From an uncultured Alphaproteobacteria bacterium (GTDB lineage Bacteria > Pseudomonadota > Alphaproteobacteria > Rhizobiales > Xanthobacteraceae): 64,000 bases of DNA. The notes beneath the pieces are model-generated. The model was not told where the DNA came from. It saw nothing but the letters and a program-made list of their open reading frames with translations, and ran no database searches. Every line of letters begins with the position of its first letter. Within the stretch, counting starts at the first letter, position 1. The stretch covers positions 41,163-105,162 of the forward strand of contig CAWJDY010000043.1 in assembly GCA_963841705.1 (NCBI GenBank). The letters run 5' to 3'. A program made the position numbers and the translations under genes. Positions 9,699 through 19,663 of the stretch are shown here, piece by piece.

Positions 9699-9719
9699 AG
9701 AAGTCCGCGGGAGCGGAGA

Positions 9720-11234
9720 TCAGCCGGCAGACTGGCGGCGAAGCATGGAGACCTTGGCGTCCGGCGACTGCGCTGCGTCATCCGCCGGCTGATAATCGTA
9801 GCTCGCCATGAAATCCTCGACCAAGGTGTTGAACTCGCCCCAGTCGGTCTCGCGATAGGAATGGTTGCGGATGATGAAGGCCGCGCCGGCGTAGAACTTC
9901 TCGTATTGCAGATGGCGGCCGGCGAACTCCGAGCCGACCATGTCCCAGGCGAGCTTGAACAGCTTCATGCGCGTGAGCGCATCCGCCTGCGGCGTCTGCC
10001 AATAGGTCGTGAACGCGTTCGCCAGATGGGCATCGCGCATGACCGAGATGTCCGCCGGCATCTGAAAGACACCGCCGCCGCAAAGCTCGCGCAGCTCGTC
10101 GATGAATTTGCTGTAGTTCTGGGTGCACCAGTCGAGGCCCGCATACATGATGCGGCGGTTGAAGCAGGCATAGCCGGGCGGCCACTGCTCGTACGCATTG
10201 ATCTGGCCGTGCACCAGCCCCGCGATCGTGCTCTCCACCGCGCTCATCTTCCCCAGCGTCTCGCGCACGGCCGGGACCTGGTCGGCGCCGGTGGCGTTGG
10301 CGACCTTGCTGCACAGCCCGAGCAGGAGCCGCATCTTCGACCAGTAGCGCACATTGGACTGGTGATTGCCGAAGCAATGGCTCGGCGTCTTGATGTAGAT
10401 GTCGCGGGAAAGCGCCGCGTCGTCGTGCACGAACACCTTCTCCCACGGCACCTTGACGTTGTCGCACAGCACCATGCTGTCGCTCTCGTCGTAGCGCCAG
10501 GCGAGCGGCGAATCGAACTCCGAAGTGACGCCGGCCATGGCGGGCTTGCGCGACCACATCGTCAGTCCCGGCACGTTGCATGCAACGGCGCAGGTGATCG
10601 CCTGCTTCTTCTGGTCGGGCGCAAGCGGGAGCACATTGCCGATCCAGATCTCGTTGGCATAGAGCGCGCCGGTCGCCAGCATCTTCATGCCCGAGATGAC
10701 GACGCCGTCGTCGTCCTCGCGCACGACCTGGAGGGTGGGCACCGGGATGTTCTGGCGCTGGTAGAACTCGGGGTTGCGCGAAGCCTGCGGCGGCAGCACG
10801 GCGTAGACCACGTAGACGTCGTTGTCGCGGATGTGGCGGTAGTAGCGCAGGAGGTTGTCGGCATGCGCGCACGGCGCCGGCAAGGCGTCCGGGTTCATCG
10901 CCATCCCGGTGACGAAGGACGAGACGTGATCGGGGGAGCGGCCGAACATGCCCATGGTGAGATCGGCGATCTTGCGATGGCCGATCATGCGCCGCTGCAG
11001 GTCGTCGCGGCTGCGCGCGCGCAAGAAATAGATGGAGTGGCGCGAGCCGTCCTCCTCGTAGGTCATGGTGTCGCGATTGGCGGGATCGGCCTTCATGTCG
11101 TAGATCGCGGCAACCGTGCGCGCCGCCTCGCGGAAGGCGGGATGGCGCGTCACGTCGTCGATTTTCTCGCTGCCGACATAGACGACGCGCCCGTCGCGCA
11201 GCGTCTCCAGATGCTCCTTGCCCGATCGCAACAT
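9720..11234 (-). CDS. 4-hydroxyphenylacetate 3-hydroxylase (HpaB) family flavin-dependent oxygenase component
   Basis: 504-aa ORF with HpaB N- and C-terminal family similarity (GRVVYVGSEKIDDVTRHPAF, FGRSPDHVSSF, LQYEKFYAG). Confidence 0.8.
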   Translation of the reverse strand: MLRSGKEHLETLRDGRVVYVGSEKIDDVTRHPAFREAARTVAAIYDMKADPANRDTMTYEEDGSRHSIYFLRARSRDDLQRRMIGHRKIADLTMGMFGRSPDHVSSFVTGMAMNPDALPAPCAHADNLLRYYRHIRDNDVYVVYAVLPPQASRNPEFYQRQNIPVPTLQVVREDDDGVVISGMKMLATGALYANEIWIGNVLPLAPDQKKQAITCAVACNVPGLTMWSRKPAMAGVTSEFDSPLAWRYDESDSMVLCDNVKVPWEKVFVHDDAALSRDIYIKTPSHCFGNHQSNVRYWSKMRLLLGLCSKVANATGADQVPAVRETLGKMSAVESTIAGLVHGQINAYEQWPPGYACFNRRIMYAGLDWCTQNYSKFIDELRELCGGGVFQMPADISVMRDAHLANAFTTYWQTPQADALTRMKLFKLAWDMVGSEFAGRHLQYEKFYAGAAFIIRNHSYRETDWGEFNTLVEDFMASYDYQPADDAAQSPDAKVSMLRRQSAG

Positions 11235-11376
11235 TGGCAGCTCCTCGCGCCTTTGGCCCGTTGCCCAAGTCTAGCACTACAGCAGATTGAGCTCGAATTG
11301 AACCAATCCTCTCCGCGTCATGCGCGGGCTTCCCCTATGTGCGCTAACTTCAGCTGCAATCGCCAATCTCTCGTTT

Positions 11377-11490
11377 GTCATGCCCCGCTTTAAGCGGGGC
11401 ATCCAGTAATCCCGGCGCGGCAGGGTGAGGCGCCCATGCCAAATTCAACTTTCCTGATTACTGGATCGTCCGCATGCGCGGACGATGACG
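11377..11490. repeat. REP-type composite palindrome
   Basis: Hairpins ATGCCCCGCTTTAAGCGGGGCAT and ATCGTCCGCATGCGCGGACGAT flank the inverted pair CCAGTAATC..GATTACTGG. Confidence 0.7.
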
Positions 11491-11533
11491 ACCGAGAGCG
11501 CTCGATCTGGATTGGTTCTATGGAATCGATCTA

Positions 11534-12727
11534 CTACGAGCCGGCGGGATAGGTGCCGATCAGGTTCCAGTGGCCTGCCTGCATCTCGATCACATAGACC
11601 GGCTTGAGCGCGTCTCCATTCTGGCCGAACGAGATAGGGCCTTCGAGCGCGGGATGGTTCTTCATGGCGCGCAGGGTGTCGCGAATGGCGGTGCGTTCCG
11701 CTGCGAGCTTGGCGGCATCGCCCGTCACCTTCGCCTCTTTCATGGCATAGGCATAGAACTGCACGATGTCGTAGGTCGCCGCGTCGAACTGCGAAGCGGC
11801 CGAGCGCTCGACGCCGGCGGCTTTTGCCCGCTTGACGAATTCCTGGTCGAACGCCTTCGCCTTGTCGCTCACGCCGGGATAGAACGTGCTCGGGATCACG
11901 GTCCCGTTGCCGTCATTGCCCATGCGCCGGGCGAGCTCGGGGTCGCCGACGGTCGAGCCCGCGATCAGCCGGCCGCTGACCCCCTGCCGGCGCAGCTCCT
12001 GCGCCAGCCGGATCGCCGCGTCCGGACCGGCGCCGATGCCGATCAGGTCGCTCGCCTGGCTCTTGAGCTGCGAGACCTGGGTGGAGAGGTCGAACGCCTG
12101 CGTCTGAAAGGTGACGCTGCCTTTCACCTCGGTGCCGAACTTTTTCATGATGCTCGGCAGCACCACCTCGCCCATGGTCTTCGAGATGACGTCGTCGGTG
12201 GCATAGGCGATCGAGCCGGTGGCGATGGGATAGTTCTTCTCCTGCAGCGTCCTCATCACCTTCTGAAACATGTAGCCTTCGTCGGAGGTGTTGCGCAGCC
12301 CGTAGGTGAAGGGCTCCGCGAGCTTCGGCGCGGAGGACGCCATGGACATGGCGACCACCCCGATGCGCTCGCCGGCTGGAAATACGACCCGGCATTCGGC
12401 CGAGCTCAGGGGCCCGATCACCGCCAGCACATGATCGTCCTCCGCGAGCTTGCGCAGCCCGACCACGGCCTGATCGGGCTTGCCCGCGGTATCGAACGCA
12501 ATGATCCGAAGCTTCTTGCCGGCGATGCCGCCGGCCGCATTGATCTCGTCGACCGCCATCTGGGCGGCGATCTCGTTGGTGCGCGAGAGGGTCGCAAATG
12601 GACCCGCGCTCGAGGGCAGATAGCCCAAAAGGATGTCCTGCGCGCGTCCCGGCGCATGAGCAAGGATCAACAGAGCCGCTGCCAATCCCAACAGTCTTGC
12701 GTTCATTGCTTCTCTCCTCTGGTTCAA
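11534..12727 (-). CDS. ABC transporter substrate-binding protein (branched-chain amino acid / Liv-type family)
   Basis: 397-aa ORF with a signal peptide (LLGLAAALLILAHAPGRAQD) and a periplasmic binding protein type 1 pattern. Confidence 0.85.
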   Translation of the reverse strand: MNQRREAMNARLLGLAAALLILAHAPGRAQDILLGYLPSSAGPFATLSRTNEIAAQMAVDEINAAGGIAGKKLRIIAFDTAGKPDQAVVGLRKLAEDDHVLAVIGPLSSAECRVVFPAGERIGVVAMSMASSAPKLAEPFTYGLRNTSDEGYMFQKVMRTLQEKNYPIATGSIAYATDDVISKTMGEVVLPSIMKKFGTEVKGSVTFQTQAFDLSTQVSQLKSQASDLIGIGAGPDAAIRLAQELRRQGVSGRLIAGSTVGDPELARRMGNDGNGTVIPSTFYPGVSDKAKAFDQEFVKRAKAAGVERSAASQFDAATYDIVQFYAYAMKEAKVTGDAAKLAAERTAIRDTLRAMKNHPALEGPISFGQNGDALKPVYVIEMQAGHWNLIGTYPAGS

Positions 12728-13446
12728 ACAACCGCGCTGCGCCCGAGATACGCGTCGCGCAAGGACGGATCGGCGCGCAGCTGTGCCGGATTTCCTTCCA
12801 TCACCTTGCGTCCGAGCTCCAGAACGTGGGCGCGCTCGGCGAGATCGAGCGCCCGATGCGTGTTCTGCTCCACCAGCAGGATGGCCAAGCCGCGCCGGCG
12901 ATTGAGCTCGCCGATCAGAGCAAACACCTCGCCGGTCAACCGCGGGCTCAGTCCGAGCGACGGCTCATCCAGCATCATCAGCCGGGGATTGGCAAGAAGG
13001 CCGCGCCCGATTGCGAGCATCTGCTGCTCGCCGCCGGACAGAACCGAGGCCGGCAAGTGCCGCCTCGCGCCGAGGTTCGCGAAGCGCTCGTAGATGGCAT
13101 CGACTTCCGCCTTCACGGCGTGCGCGTCGCGGCGCGCAAACGCGCCCATCAGCAGGTTCTCGTGCACGCTGAGACTCATGATGATGCGGCGGCCTTCGGG
13201 AACCAGGCTGAGGTTATGCCGCACCCGCCGGTGCGGCGGCCAATGACTGATATCGATACCGTCGAGAACGACTCTGCCGGCACTGACCGGCGCAAGCCCC
13301 ATCACCGCCTTGAGCAGAGACGACTTGCCGGCGCCGTTCGCGCCGAGGACGGCGACGATCTCCCCCGCGCCGACTGCAAGCGAAACCCCGCGCACCGCAT
13401 GAATGCGGCCGTAGCGCACATGCAGCTCCTCGAGCTCAAGACGCAT
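12724..13446 (-). CDS. ABC transporter ATP-binding protein (LivF-like)
   Basis: Walker A GANGAGKSS, signature LSGGEQQ, Walker B LMMLDEPS. Start taken at MRLELEEL; overlaps the upstream gene by 11 nt. Confidence 0.85.
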   Translation of the reverse strand: MRLELEELHVRYGRIHAVRGVSLAVGAGEIVAVLGANGAGKSSLLKAVMGLAPVSAGRVVLDGIDISHWPPHRRVRHNLSLVPEGRRIIMSLSVHENLLMGAFARRDAHAVKAEVDAIYERFANLGARRHLPASVLSGGEQQMLAIGRGLLANPRLMMLDEPSLGLSPRLTGEVFALIGELNRRRGLAILLVEQNTHRALDLAERAHVLELGRKVMEGNPAQLRADPSLRDAYLGRSAVV

Positions 13447-14233
13447 GGCGCCGCTCGCCTGTCTGCGTGGCGTCGGTGCCGAGATAGGCTTCCCGCACCA
13501 GCGGGTCCTCGCGGATCTGATCGGGCGTGCCTTCGGCAATGCGGCGGCCGAAATTGAGCACGATCACGTGGGCGCACAGAGCGCCGACGAAATGCATGTC
13601 GTGCTCGACGATCAGCATGGTGACGCCGCGCTCCCGGCTGACGGCGGCGAGGCGCTCGCGCAGCAGCTCGGTTTCGCGGGGATTGAGGCCCGCGGCCGGC
13701 TCGTCGAGCAGGAGGAGGCGCGGTTTTGCCATCAGCGCGCGAACGAGCTCGACCCGCTTCTGCAAGCCATACGGGAGGCTGCCCACGGCTGCGCGCTCAT
13801 AGTCGCCAAGGCCGGCATCGGCGAGAGCTGCGCGCGCCTCCTCGCGCCAGCGATTGCGCGGAACGAGATTGACGGGTTGAAGCACGCCGCGCCATCCGCT
13901 GTTGCGGCAATGCTGCCCCACGAGCACGTTCTCGATCGCGCTCAGGTGCGGCATCAGCCGGATGTTCTGAAAGTTGCGTGCGATGCCGTGGTAAATGCGC
14001 TGCCGCGACGGAACCGCGCCGATGTCGTTTCCTTCGAGCAGCATCCGCCCGGCATCGATCGCATAAACGCCGGTGACGAGATTGAACACCGTGGTCTTGC
14101 CGGCGCCGTTGGGGCCGATCAGCGCGGTGCAGGCGCCACGGGGGACGCAGAAGCTGAGATCATCGACGACGCGCAGGCCGCCGAAACTCTTGCTGACGTT
14201 CTCGAGCACCAGCATGGGCTGCGAGCTCGTCAT
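13436..14233 (-). CDS. ABC transporter ATP-binding protein (LivG-like)
   Basis: Walker A GPNGAGKTT, Walker B LLLLDEPAAG. Start at MTSSQPMLVLENV with an ATGA overlap to the permease. Confidence 0.85.
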   Translation of the reverse strand: MTSSQPMLVLENVSKSFGGLRVVDDLSFCVPRGACTALIGPNGAGKTTVFNLVTGVYAIDAGRMLLEGNDIGAVPSRQRIYHGIARNFQNIRLMPHLSAIENVLVGQHCRNSGWRGVLQPVNLVPRNRWREEARAALADAGLGDYERAAVGSLPYGLQKRVELVRALMAKPRLLLLDEPAAGLNPRETELLRERLAAVSRERGVTMLIVEHDMHFVGALCAHVIVLNFGRRIAEGTPDQIREDPLVREAYLGTDATQTGERRHAS

Positions 14234-15087
14234 GCCGGCTGCTCCGTGCGTTCGGGCTCGCGGTTGCTGCCAAGCAGGCGTCGCATCTGCGTGCCGGTGA
14301 CGAGCCCCTGCGGTCGCACCACCATCACCAGGATCACGATCGCGGCGAACAGCACGTAACGCCATTGCGCGCTGCCGCGCAGCAGCTCCGGGAGCAGCGT
14401 GAATACACCAGCGCCAAGCAAGGGTCCAAGCACGCTTTGGGTCCCCCCGAACAGAACATAAAGTACGATGGAAATGCTCAGCGAAAAGCCGAAATATTGG
14501 GCTTCGATATAGCTGAAATGATGAGCATAAAGGCCGCCGCCGATCCCCGCGAAGCCGGCGCCGAGCGTGAATGCCGCAACCTGAAAGGCGCGCACGTTGA
14601 GGCCCATGAGGTCGGCCACGCGCTCGTCATCGTGCACCGCAGTGATCGCGATGCCAAAACGCGTGGCGAAGAGGAGCCACACCACGATCATGACGCCCGC
14701 GGCGAAAGCAGCGATGGTGGGAAAGCGGATGAAGGCGGCAACGGGGTAGCCTGCGGCTCCGCCAACCACCTGCATGTTCAGGATCGAGGCGCGCACGATC
14801 TCGCCCAGCGCGAAGGTCGCGAGCGCAAGATAGATGCCGCGGGTGCGCAGCACCGGGACGGCGACGGCGAGCGCGATCAGGGCCGCGGCCAGTCCGCCGA
14901 GCGCAATGGCGGCAGCCGCGGGAATGGCGATATTGTTGCTGAGATACGCGGAGACATAGCCGCCAATGGCGGCAAACCCCGCGATGCCGAGATTGAGCTG
15001 CCCAGCTGCGATCGGCAGAAACGCGCCATAGGCGAAAACCACGTTGATCGCGAGCAGGACCAGAATGCCTTCAACGTAGCCGCTCAC
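14230..15087 (-). CDS. branched-chain amino acid ABC transporter permease (LivM-like)
   Basis: Hydrophobic multi-pass protein. GTG start at 15087 overlaps the LivH-like stop (GTGA). The upstream part of ORF 14230..15627 is an out-of-gene extension. Confidence 0.8.
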   Translation of the reverse strand: MSGYVEGILVLLAINVVFAYGAFLPIAAGQLNLGIAGFAAIGGYVSAYLSNNIAIPAAAAIALGGLAAALIALAVAVPVLRTRGIYLALATFALGEIVRASILNMQVVGGAAGYPVAAFIRFPTIAAFAAGVMIVVWLLFATRFGIAITAVHDDERVADLMGLNVRAFQVAAFTLGAGFAGIGGGLYAHHFSYIEAQYFGFSLSISIVLYVLFGGTQSVLGPLLGAGVFTLLPELLRGSAQWRYVLFAAIVILVMVVRPQGLVTGTQMRRLLGSNREPERTEQPA

Positions 15088-15926
15088 GCACGCGCTCCCG
15101 TGCCGGTCGCGCCGAGCAGGCCGGTGGGGCGCAGCATCAGAATGACAAGGAGCAGGCCGTACACGGAGATATCGACGAAGTCGGCGCCGAAGAGGTCGAT
15201 GGATACGACCTCCGCCCATCCGATGATGAGGCCGCCGACGATGGCGCCCCAGGTGCTGCCCATGCCGCCGACCACCATTGCGGAAATTCCCTTGAGCCCC
15301 AGCGCTTCGCCCATGAAAGGATCCACCTGACGGTAGTTGACGGCAAACAGAACGCCGCCGAGCGCGGCGAAAACCCCGCTGATCAGAAACACGATCGGCA
15401 CGATGCGGTGAATGTCGACGCCGAGAAGGAGCGCGGTGTCGGCGTCCTCGGCAATGGTGCGCAGCGCGCGCCCCAGCCGGGTCCTGGCAAGGACGAGCGA
15501 GAGCCCAGCGATCAGCACGATCGACAGGATCAGGCCGACGAGCTGCGGCACGCTGACGACGAGACCTTTGACGCGCCAATCGGTGGCGGCAAAAAGACGC
15601 GGGATGCTCTGCAGGTCGGAGCCCCAATACGCCACCGCGAGATTCTCGAACAGAATGAGGAAGGCCATGGAGCTCACGAGCGGGACGAATTCCTCCGCCT
15701 TGCGCATCCAGCGCCAGGTGAAAAGCTCGACCGCAAGCGAGGCGCCGGCCCCCACAATGAGCGCGCCGCCGGCGGCAAGCGGCCAGGGGACTGCGTTGCG
15801 CACCAGCGCCCAGGTCAGCATGCCGCCGATCATGAACAGCCCGGGAATGCTGAAATTGAGAAATCGCAGGACGCCGATGCCGAGCGTCAGGGCGACGGCG
15901 ACCATGGCGTAGATGGAGCCGAGCAT
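15084..15926 (-). CDS. branched-chain amino acid ABC transporter permease (LivH-like)
   Basis: 280-aa multi-pass membrane ORF, first gene of the permease pair. Confidence 0.85.
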   Translation of the reverse strand: MLGSIYAMVAVALTLGIGVLRFLNFSIPGLFMIGGMLTWALVRNAVPWPLAAGGALIVGAGASLAVELFTWRWMRKAEEFVPLVSSMAFLILFENLAVAYWGSDLQSIPRLFAATDWRVKGLVVSVPQLVGLILSIVLIAGLSLVLARTRLGRALRTIAEDADTALLLGVDIHRIVPIVFLISGVFAALGGVLFAVNYRQVDPFMGEALGLKGISAMVVGGMGSTWGAIVGGLIIGWAEVVSIDLFGADFVDISVYGLLLVILMLRPTGLLGATGTGARA

Positions 15927-16002
15927 CAGGCCGTTGACGATCTGCTGGGAGAAAATGGCAGCCCTCTCGATCCGATCGCCAACGAGCGCACGCCGGCTGC
16001 GA

Positions 16003-16332
16003 TCAGAATACCAGCTTGACGATCATGGCCTCATGCGTCAGTTCGCCGTCGAACGGCGGAAATTTGTGAAAATCATCACGTGCTTGCCGGCGTGCGTCTG
16101 AGCGCAGCGCCGTGTTGAGATCGCTCGCGCTGTCGAATTGCATCTGCGCGAGCAGGAAAGTATCGCCGCGCCGCACCGGAAACGGATCGCTTGAGGCAAC
16201 GGGGCGATGCAGGATGAGCGAACGGATGCCGGGAAAGCGCCGCAGCAGCGCGGCGTGCTCTCCCTCGTAATAGGCGTGAAACGCCTCCGGATCGCTCGCA
16301 GAGCCGCGATATCTCACGAAATACGAGATCAT
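16003..16332 (-). CDS. EthD family reductase
   Basis: 109-aa ORF MISYFVRYRGSASDPEAFHAYYEGEHAALLRRFPG..., typical of the EthD / TIGR02118 family. Confidence 0.75.
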   Translation of the reverse strand: MISYFVRYRGSASDPEAFHAYYEGEHAALLRRFPGIRSLILHRPVASSDPFPVRRGDTFLLAQMQFDSASDLNTALRSDARRQARDDFHKFPPFDGELTHEAMIVKLVF

Positions 16333-16339
16333 GCCGCCG

Positions 16340-16972
16340 CTAGAGATTGACGTATCCCGTATCGCGCAGCAGGGTGGACTCCACCGGGATGTGCAGGCTG
16401 TCGTGCACGGTGTTGTAGAACTTCCAGAAGCCGACCAGACATGCGAGCTCCACGATCTGCGGCGGCGTCAAGTGCTGCTTCAGCCGTTGCAGGAGCTCGT
16501 CCGGCACCGAGGTCGGATCTTCGGAAGCCGACCGGACGTAATCGAAGCACACCTGCTCCATCTCGTTTGCCGGCGAGTAGGCGCCGGTGATGATGTCTTG
16601 CAGCTCTTCCTCGCTCAGCTCCCAGCCTTCGAACCCCTGCTCCTTCGGCTTTTTCAGCATGGAACAGCTGTGCGCGGTGCAGTAGGCGCAGCCGTTGATG
16701 ACGCAGGCAACCGCCGCGAGCTTGCGCTTGAGCAGCTGATCGAGCGTCGAGGACGGATCGCGCATGACGTTGCTGTTGAGCTTCCAGAGCGTCTCGGCAA
16801 TCTCCGGACGATGCGCGTAGAGCTTGAGCGCATTGGGCAGGAATCCCATGCGTTTCTTGTAAGGCTCGACCACGGGCTTAAGCCGCGGGTCGAACTCCGC
16901 CTCGGGCATGTAGGGAATGAACGGCTCGGCCTCGAAAAGAACCTTGGGCTTGGGCGGCGTGATGGCATCCAT
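16340..16972 (-). CDS. carboxymuconolactone decarboxylase (AhpD-like) family protein
   Basis: Start at MDAITPPKPK (ATG 16972). CxxC-type motif INGCAYCTAHS. The rest of ORF 16340..17443 overlaps the UbiD gene out of frame. Confidence 0.75.
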   Translation of the reverse strand: MDAITPPKPKVLFEAEPFIPYMPEAEFDPRLKPVVEPYKKRMGFLPNALKLYAHRPEIAETLWKLNSNVMRDPSSTLDQLLKRKLAAVACVINGCAYCTAHSCSMLKKPKEQGFEGWELSEEELQDIITGAYSPANEMEQVCFDYVRSASEDPTSVPDELLQRLKQHLTPPQIVELACLVGFWKFYNTVHDSLHIPVESTLLRDTGYVNL

Positions 16973-16983
16973 GATGTCCTCCT

Positions 16984-18393
16984 TCAGAGATAATCGGCGA
17001 GCTTGACCTTGCCCCAGTTGCGCGGCCATGCCCGTTCGAAGTCCGCGGGATCGTGGCGCGATTTGGCGGTGGCATCGATCCCCATCTTGCCGACGATGCG
17101 CCAGGGATACTGTCCTTCGAGCGGACGCGCCGAGGGATCGTAGGGCGACCCGCGCGTATTCGGCACCACGATCACGTCGCGGGCCGGGTCGCAGCGCGTC
17201 GCGATGGCATGATAAACGTCGCCAGGATTGTCGAGATCGGTATCCGGCGACACCGCGACCACGAGCTTGGTGTTGAGCCAGGGCGCACCCATCGCCAGCA
17301 TCAAAGCGTCGTTGACCATGCCTTCGCGCGGATAGTCGAACTGGATGATGCAGGAGAGCGCCGCGCCCCAGGTCGGGAAGCGCACGTCCTTGACGGCAAG
17401 TCCGATCTCGCTCAGCCGATTGTACAACACCGCCTCGTGACACAGCCGCGGCAGCGGCTGGTGGTCGGTATCGGGACAGGTCTGGTGATTACGATAGATC
17501 GGCCGGTCGCCGCGCATGGTGATGGCGGTAATCTCGACCTCCGGCAGGTTCTCGTAGTGCGGCAGATTGTACATCGAGGGCGAAGTGACGTCGCCGACCT
17601 TGAACTTTTCCTTGAGGTTCACGTGCCCCTCGACCACAATCTCGGCTTCCGCGGGAACATTGATCTCCAGCGTCTCGCAAGGAACCATCTCGACATCACG
17701 ATCCATGATGGTGCCGACCATCTCCATCTCGCCCCAGGCGTCCATGTGCAGGCCGGAGAAATTGGCCATGATCTCGTAGGCCGGCGGCACGCCGAATACG
17801 AACGCGATCGGCATCTCGTCCCGGCCCATCTCGCGGTACTTCCCCATGATGACGTGCGAGTGCGGCGTGACGAAGCTGATGAGACCGCGGCGCGGACCGA
17901 CCGCGTGGGTGCCGGCGTGGCAGGAATTATAGAAGCCGGTCTCGGGATCGCGGATGATGTTCATGGCGGTGACGTAGGGTGCTGCGTCCTTGTCCTTGTG
18001 AAAGGGGATCGGCAGCTCCGTCCAGTCTGCCTCGTTATGAAGCTTGACCACTTCCTTCACCGGCCCGCTCTTGACCGGCTTCAGTCCGCGCGGCGGCTGA
18101 CGCAGCCGGAAGGCGAGCGTGCGCAAGTAATTCTCCGGCGTTGTTCCCAGCGCGCGCGCCTGCGCGCGCCGCGTCTTCACCAGGATGTCGCACAGCCTGA
18201 AGCCTGGCTTCTCAACGATATTCTCGAACACGATCGGCTGGTCGCTCTGGGCGGAGAGCGCGCCGATATCGGCCATGTGGACCGGCTTGGTGATGCGCGT
18301 GACGATGTCGCCATTGCTGGCGAGAAAGCCGCGCAGCGAGGCATCGAGCGGCTTTCCAGGCGGCGGTGGCCGGTGGCTGACGGAGAGCGCCAT
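16984..18393 (-). CDS. UbiD family (prFMN-dependent) decarboxylase
   Basis: 469-aa ORF with UbiD family similarity throughout (APYVTAMNIIRDPETGFYN, FVFGVPPAYEIMA, EAEIVVEGHV). Confidence 0.85.
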   Translation of the reverse strand: MALSVSHRPPPPGKPLDASLRGFLASNGDIVTRITKPVHMADIGALSAQSDQPIVFENIVEKPGFRLCDILVKTRRAQARALGTTPENYLRTLAFRLRQPPRGLKPVKSGPVKEVVKLHNEADWTELPIPFHKDKDAAPYVTAMNIIRDPETGFYNSCHAGTHAVGPRRGLISFVTPHSHVIMGKYREMGRDEMPIAFVFGVPPAYEIMANFSGLHMDAWGEMEMVGTIMDRDVEMVPCETLEINVPAEAEIVVEGHVNLKEKFKVGDVTSPSMYNLPHYENLPEVEITAITMRGDRPIYRNHQTCPDTDHQPLPRLCHEAVLYNRLSEIGLAVKDVRFPTWGAALSCIIQFDYPREGMVNDALMLAMGAPWLNTKLVVAVSPDTDLDNPGDVYHAIATRCDPARDVIVVPNTRGSPYDPSARPLEGQYPWRIVGKMGIDATAKSRHDPADFERAWPRNWGKVKLADYL

Positions 18394-18609
18394 CGCGATC
18401 CTCCATTTGCTTGAACACCTTTAGTAGCCGACCTAGCCGAGTCAAGGCGCAGGAGGACGCGGGAAGCGCGCAGTTGAGGCATCCCCTCGCTGAGGTTTGC
18501 CTCCTTGTCGCTGCGTGTCGGTCGCCTATGTAGCCTTGGTGTCAACCCTGCAACGGAGATGCGCTGCCATGGCGAGCACACGCATGCCGCAGCGGCAAGG
18601 AAACCTGAA

Positions 18610-19515
18610 ATGTCCATTCGACCTGTCAAACGCATCGTCCAATCCACGCCGGCGATCGAGGGTGCCGGAGTGAAGCTGCGCCGCGCCTTCGGCTTCGGGA
18701 ACACCAGCGAGCTTGATCCCTTTCTGCTGCTCGATGATTTTCGCAACGACCGTCCCGAGGACTATCGCGCCGGTTTCCCCTGGCATCCCCATCGCGGCAT
18801 CGAGACCATCACCTATGTGCTGGCGGGGACAGTGGAGCACGGCGACAGCCTGGGCAATCGCGGCAGGCTCGGAGCGGGCGACGTCCAGTGGATGACGGCG
18901 GGCAGCGGCATTCTCCACCAGGAAATGCCGCAGGGCGACGCGCAGGGGCGCATGCACGGATTTCAGCTGTGGGCGAACCTGCCCTCCTGCCTGAAAATGA
19001 CGCCCCCGCGCTATCAGGACATCAAGGCTGCGGAGATCGCCGAGATCACCGATGACGACGGCACCAGGGTGCGGGTGATCTGCGGCGAGTTCCGGGGCAA
19101 GCGCGGCCCGGTCGAAGGGGTCGCCGCCGACCCGCGCTATCTCGACGTGCTCGTGCCGCCGGGGCGACGCAAGATCTTGCCGGTCGAGACCGAGCGGCAT
19201 GCCTTCGCCTATGTGTTCGAGGGCTCCGGCAGCTTCCGCTCCGCATCCGAGCCATTCGGCGTGCTGACAGAGAAGGACGGCAATGGCGCGGAGGCGTTGG
19301 TGCGCGAGCGCACGGGCAATCGCTCATTGGTGCTCTTCGACAGCGGCGACGAGGTGACCGTCACCGCCGGAGACGATGGCATCCGGTTCCTGCTGGTCTC
19401 GGGGAAACCAATCGAGGAGCCCGTGGCCTGGTACGGTCCGATCGTGATGAACACCCAGGCCGAGCTCCAGCGGGCGATAGCCGAGCTGCGCGACGGCAGC
19501 TTCATTAAACAGTAG
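18610..19515 (+). CDS. pirin family protein
   Basis: MSIRPVKRIVQSTPAIEGAGVKLRRAFG...FPWHPHRGIETITYVLAG...DVQWMTAGSGILHQEMP. The upstream TTG-extended part of the ORF was discarded. Confidence 0.88.
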   Translation: MSIRPVKRIVQSTPAIEGAGVKLRRAFGFGNTSELDPFLLLDDFRNDRPEDYRAGFPWHPHRGIETITYVLAGTVEHGDSLGNRGRLGAGDVQWMTAGSGILHQEMPQGDAQGRMHGFQLWANLPSCLKMTPPRYQDIKAAEIAEITDDDGTRVRVICGEFRGKRGPVEGVAADPRYLDVLVPPGRRKILPVETERHAFAYVFEGSGSFRSASEPFGVLTEKDGNGAEALVRERTGNRSLVLFDSGDEVTVTAGDDGIRFLLVSGKPIEEPVAWYGPIVMNTQAELQRAIAELRDGSFIKQ

Positions 19516-19663
19516 CCCGCGGATTGAGCATCCTCTCGTCACGGCCGGGCTCGTCCCGGTCAATTCGCTCTAGGCTCCACTTCTCGTTCTCTCATTCACG
19601 GAATTCTGAAAATGATCTAGGCTCTCCCGGCAGGTACTGGCCTGCAAGCCGGGAGGAAACGCC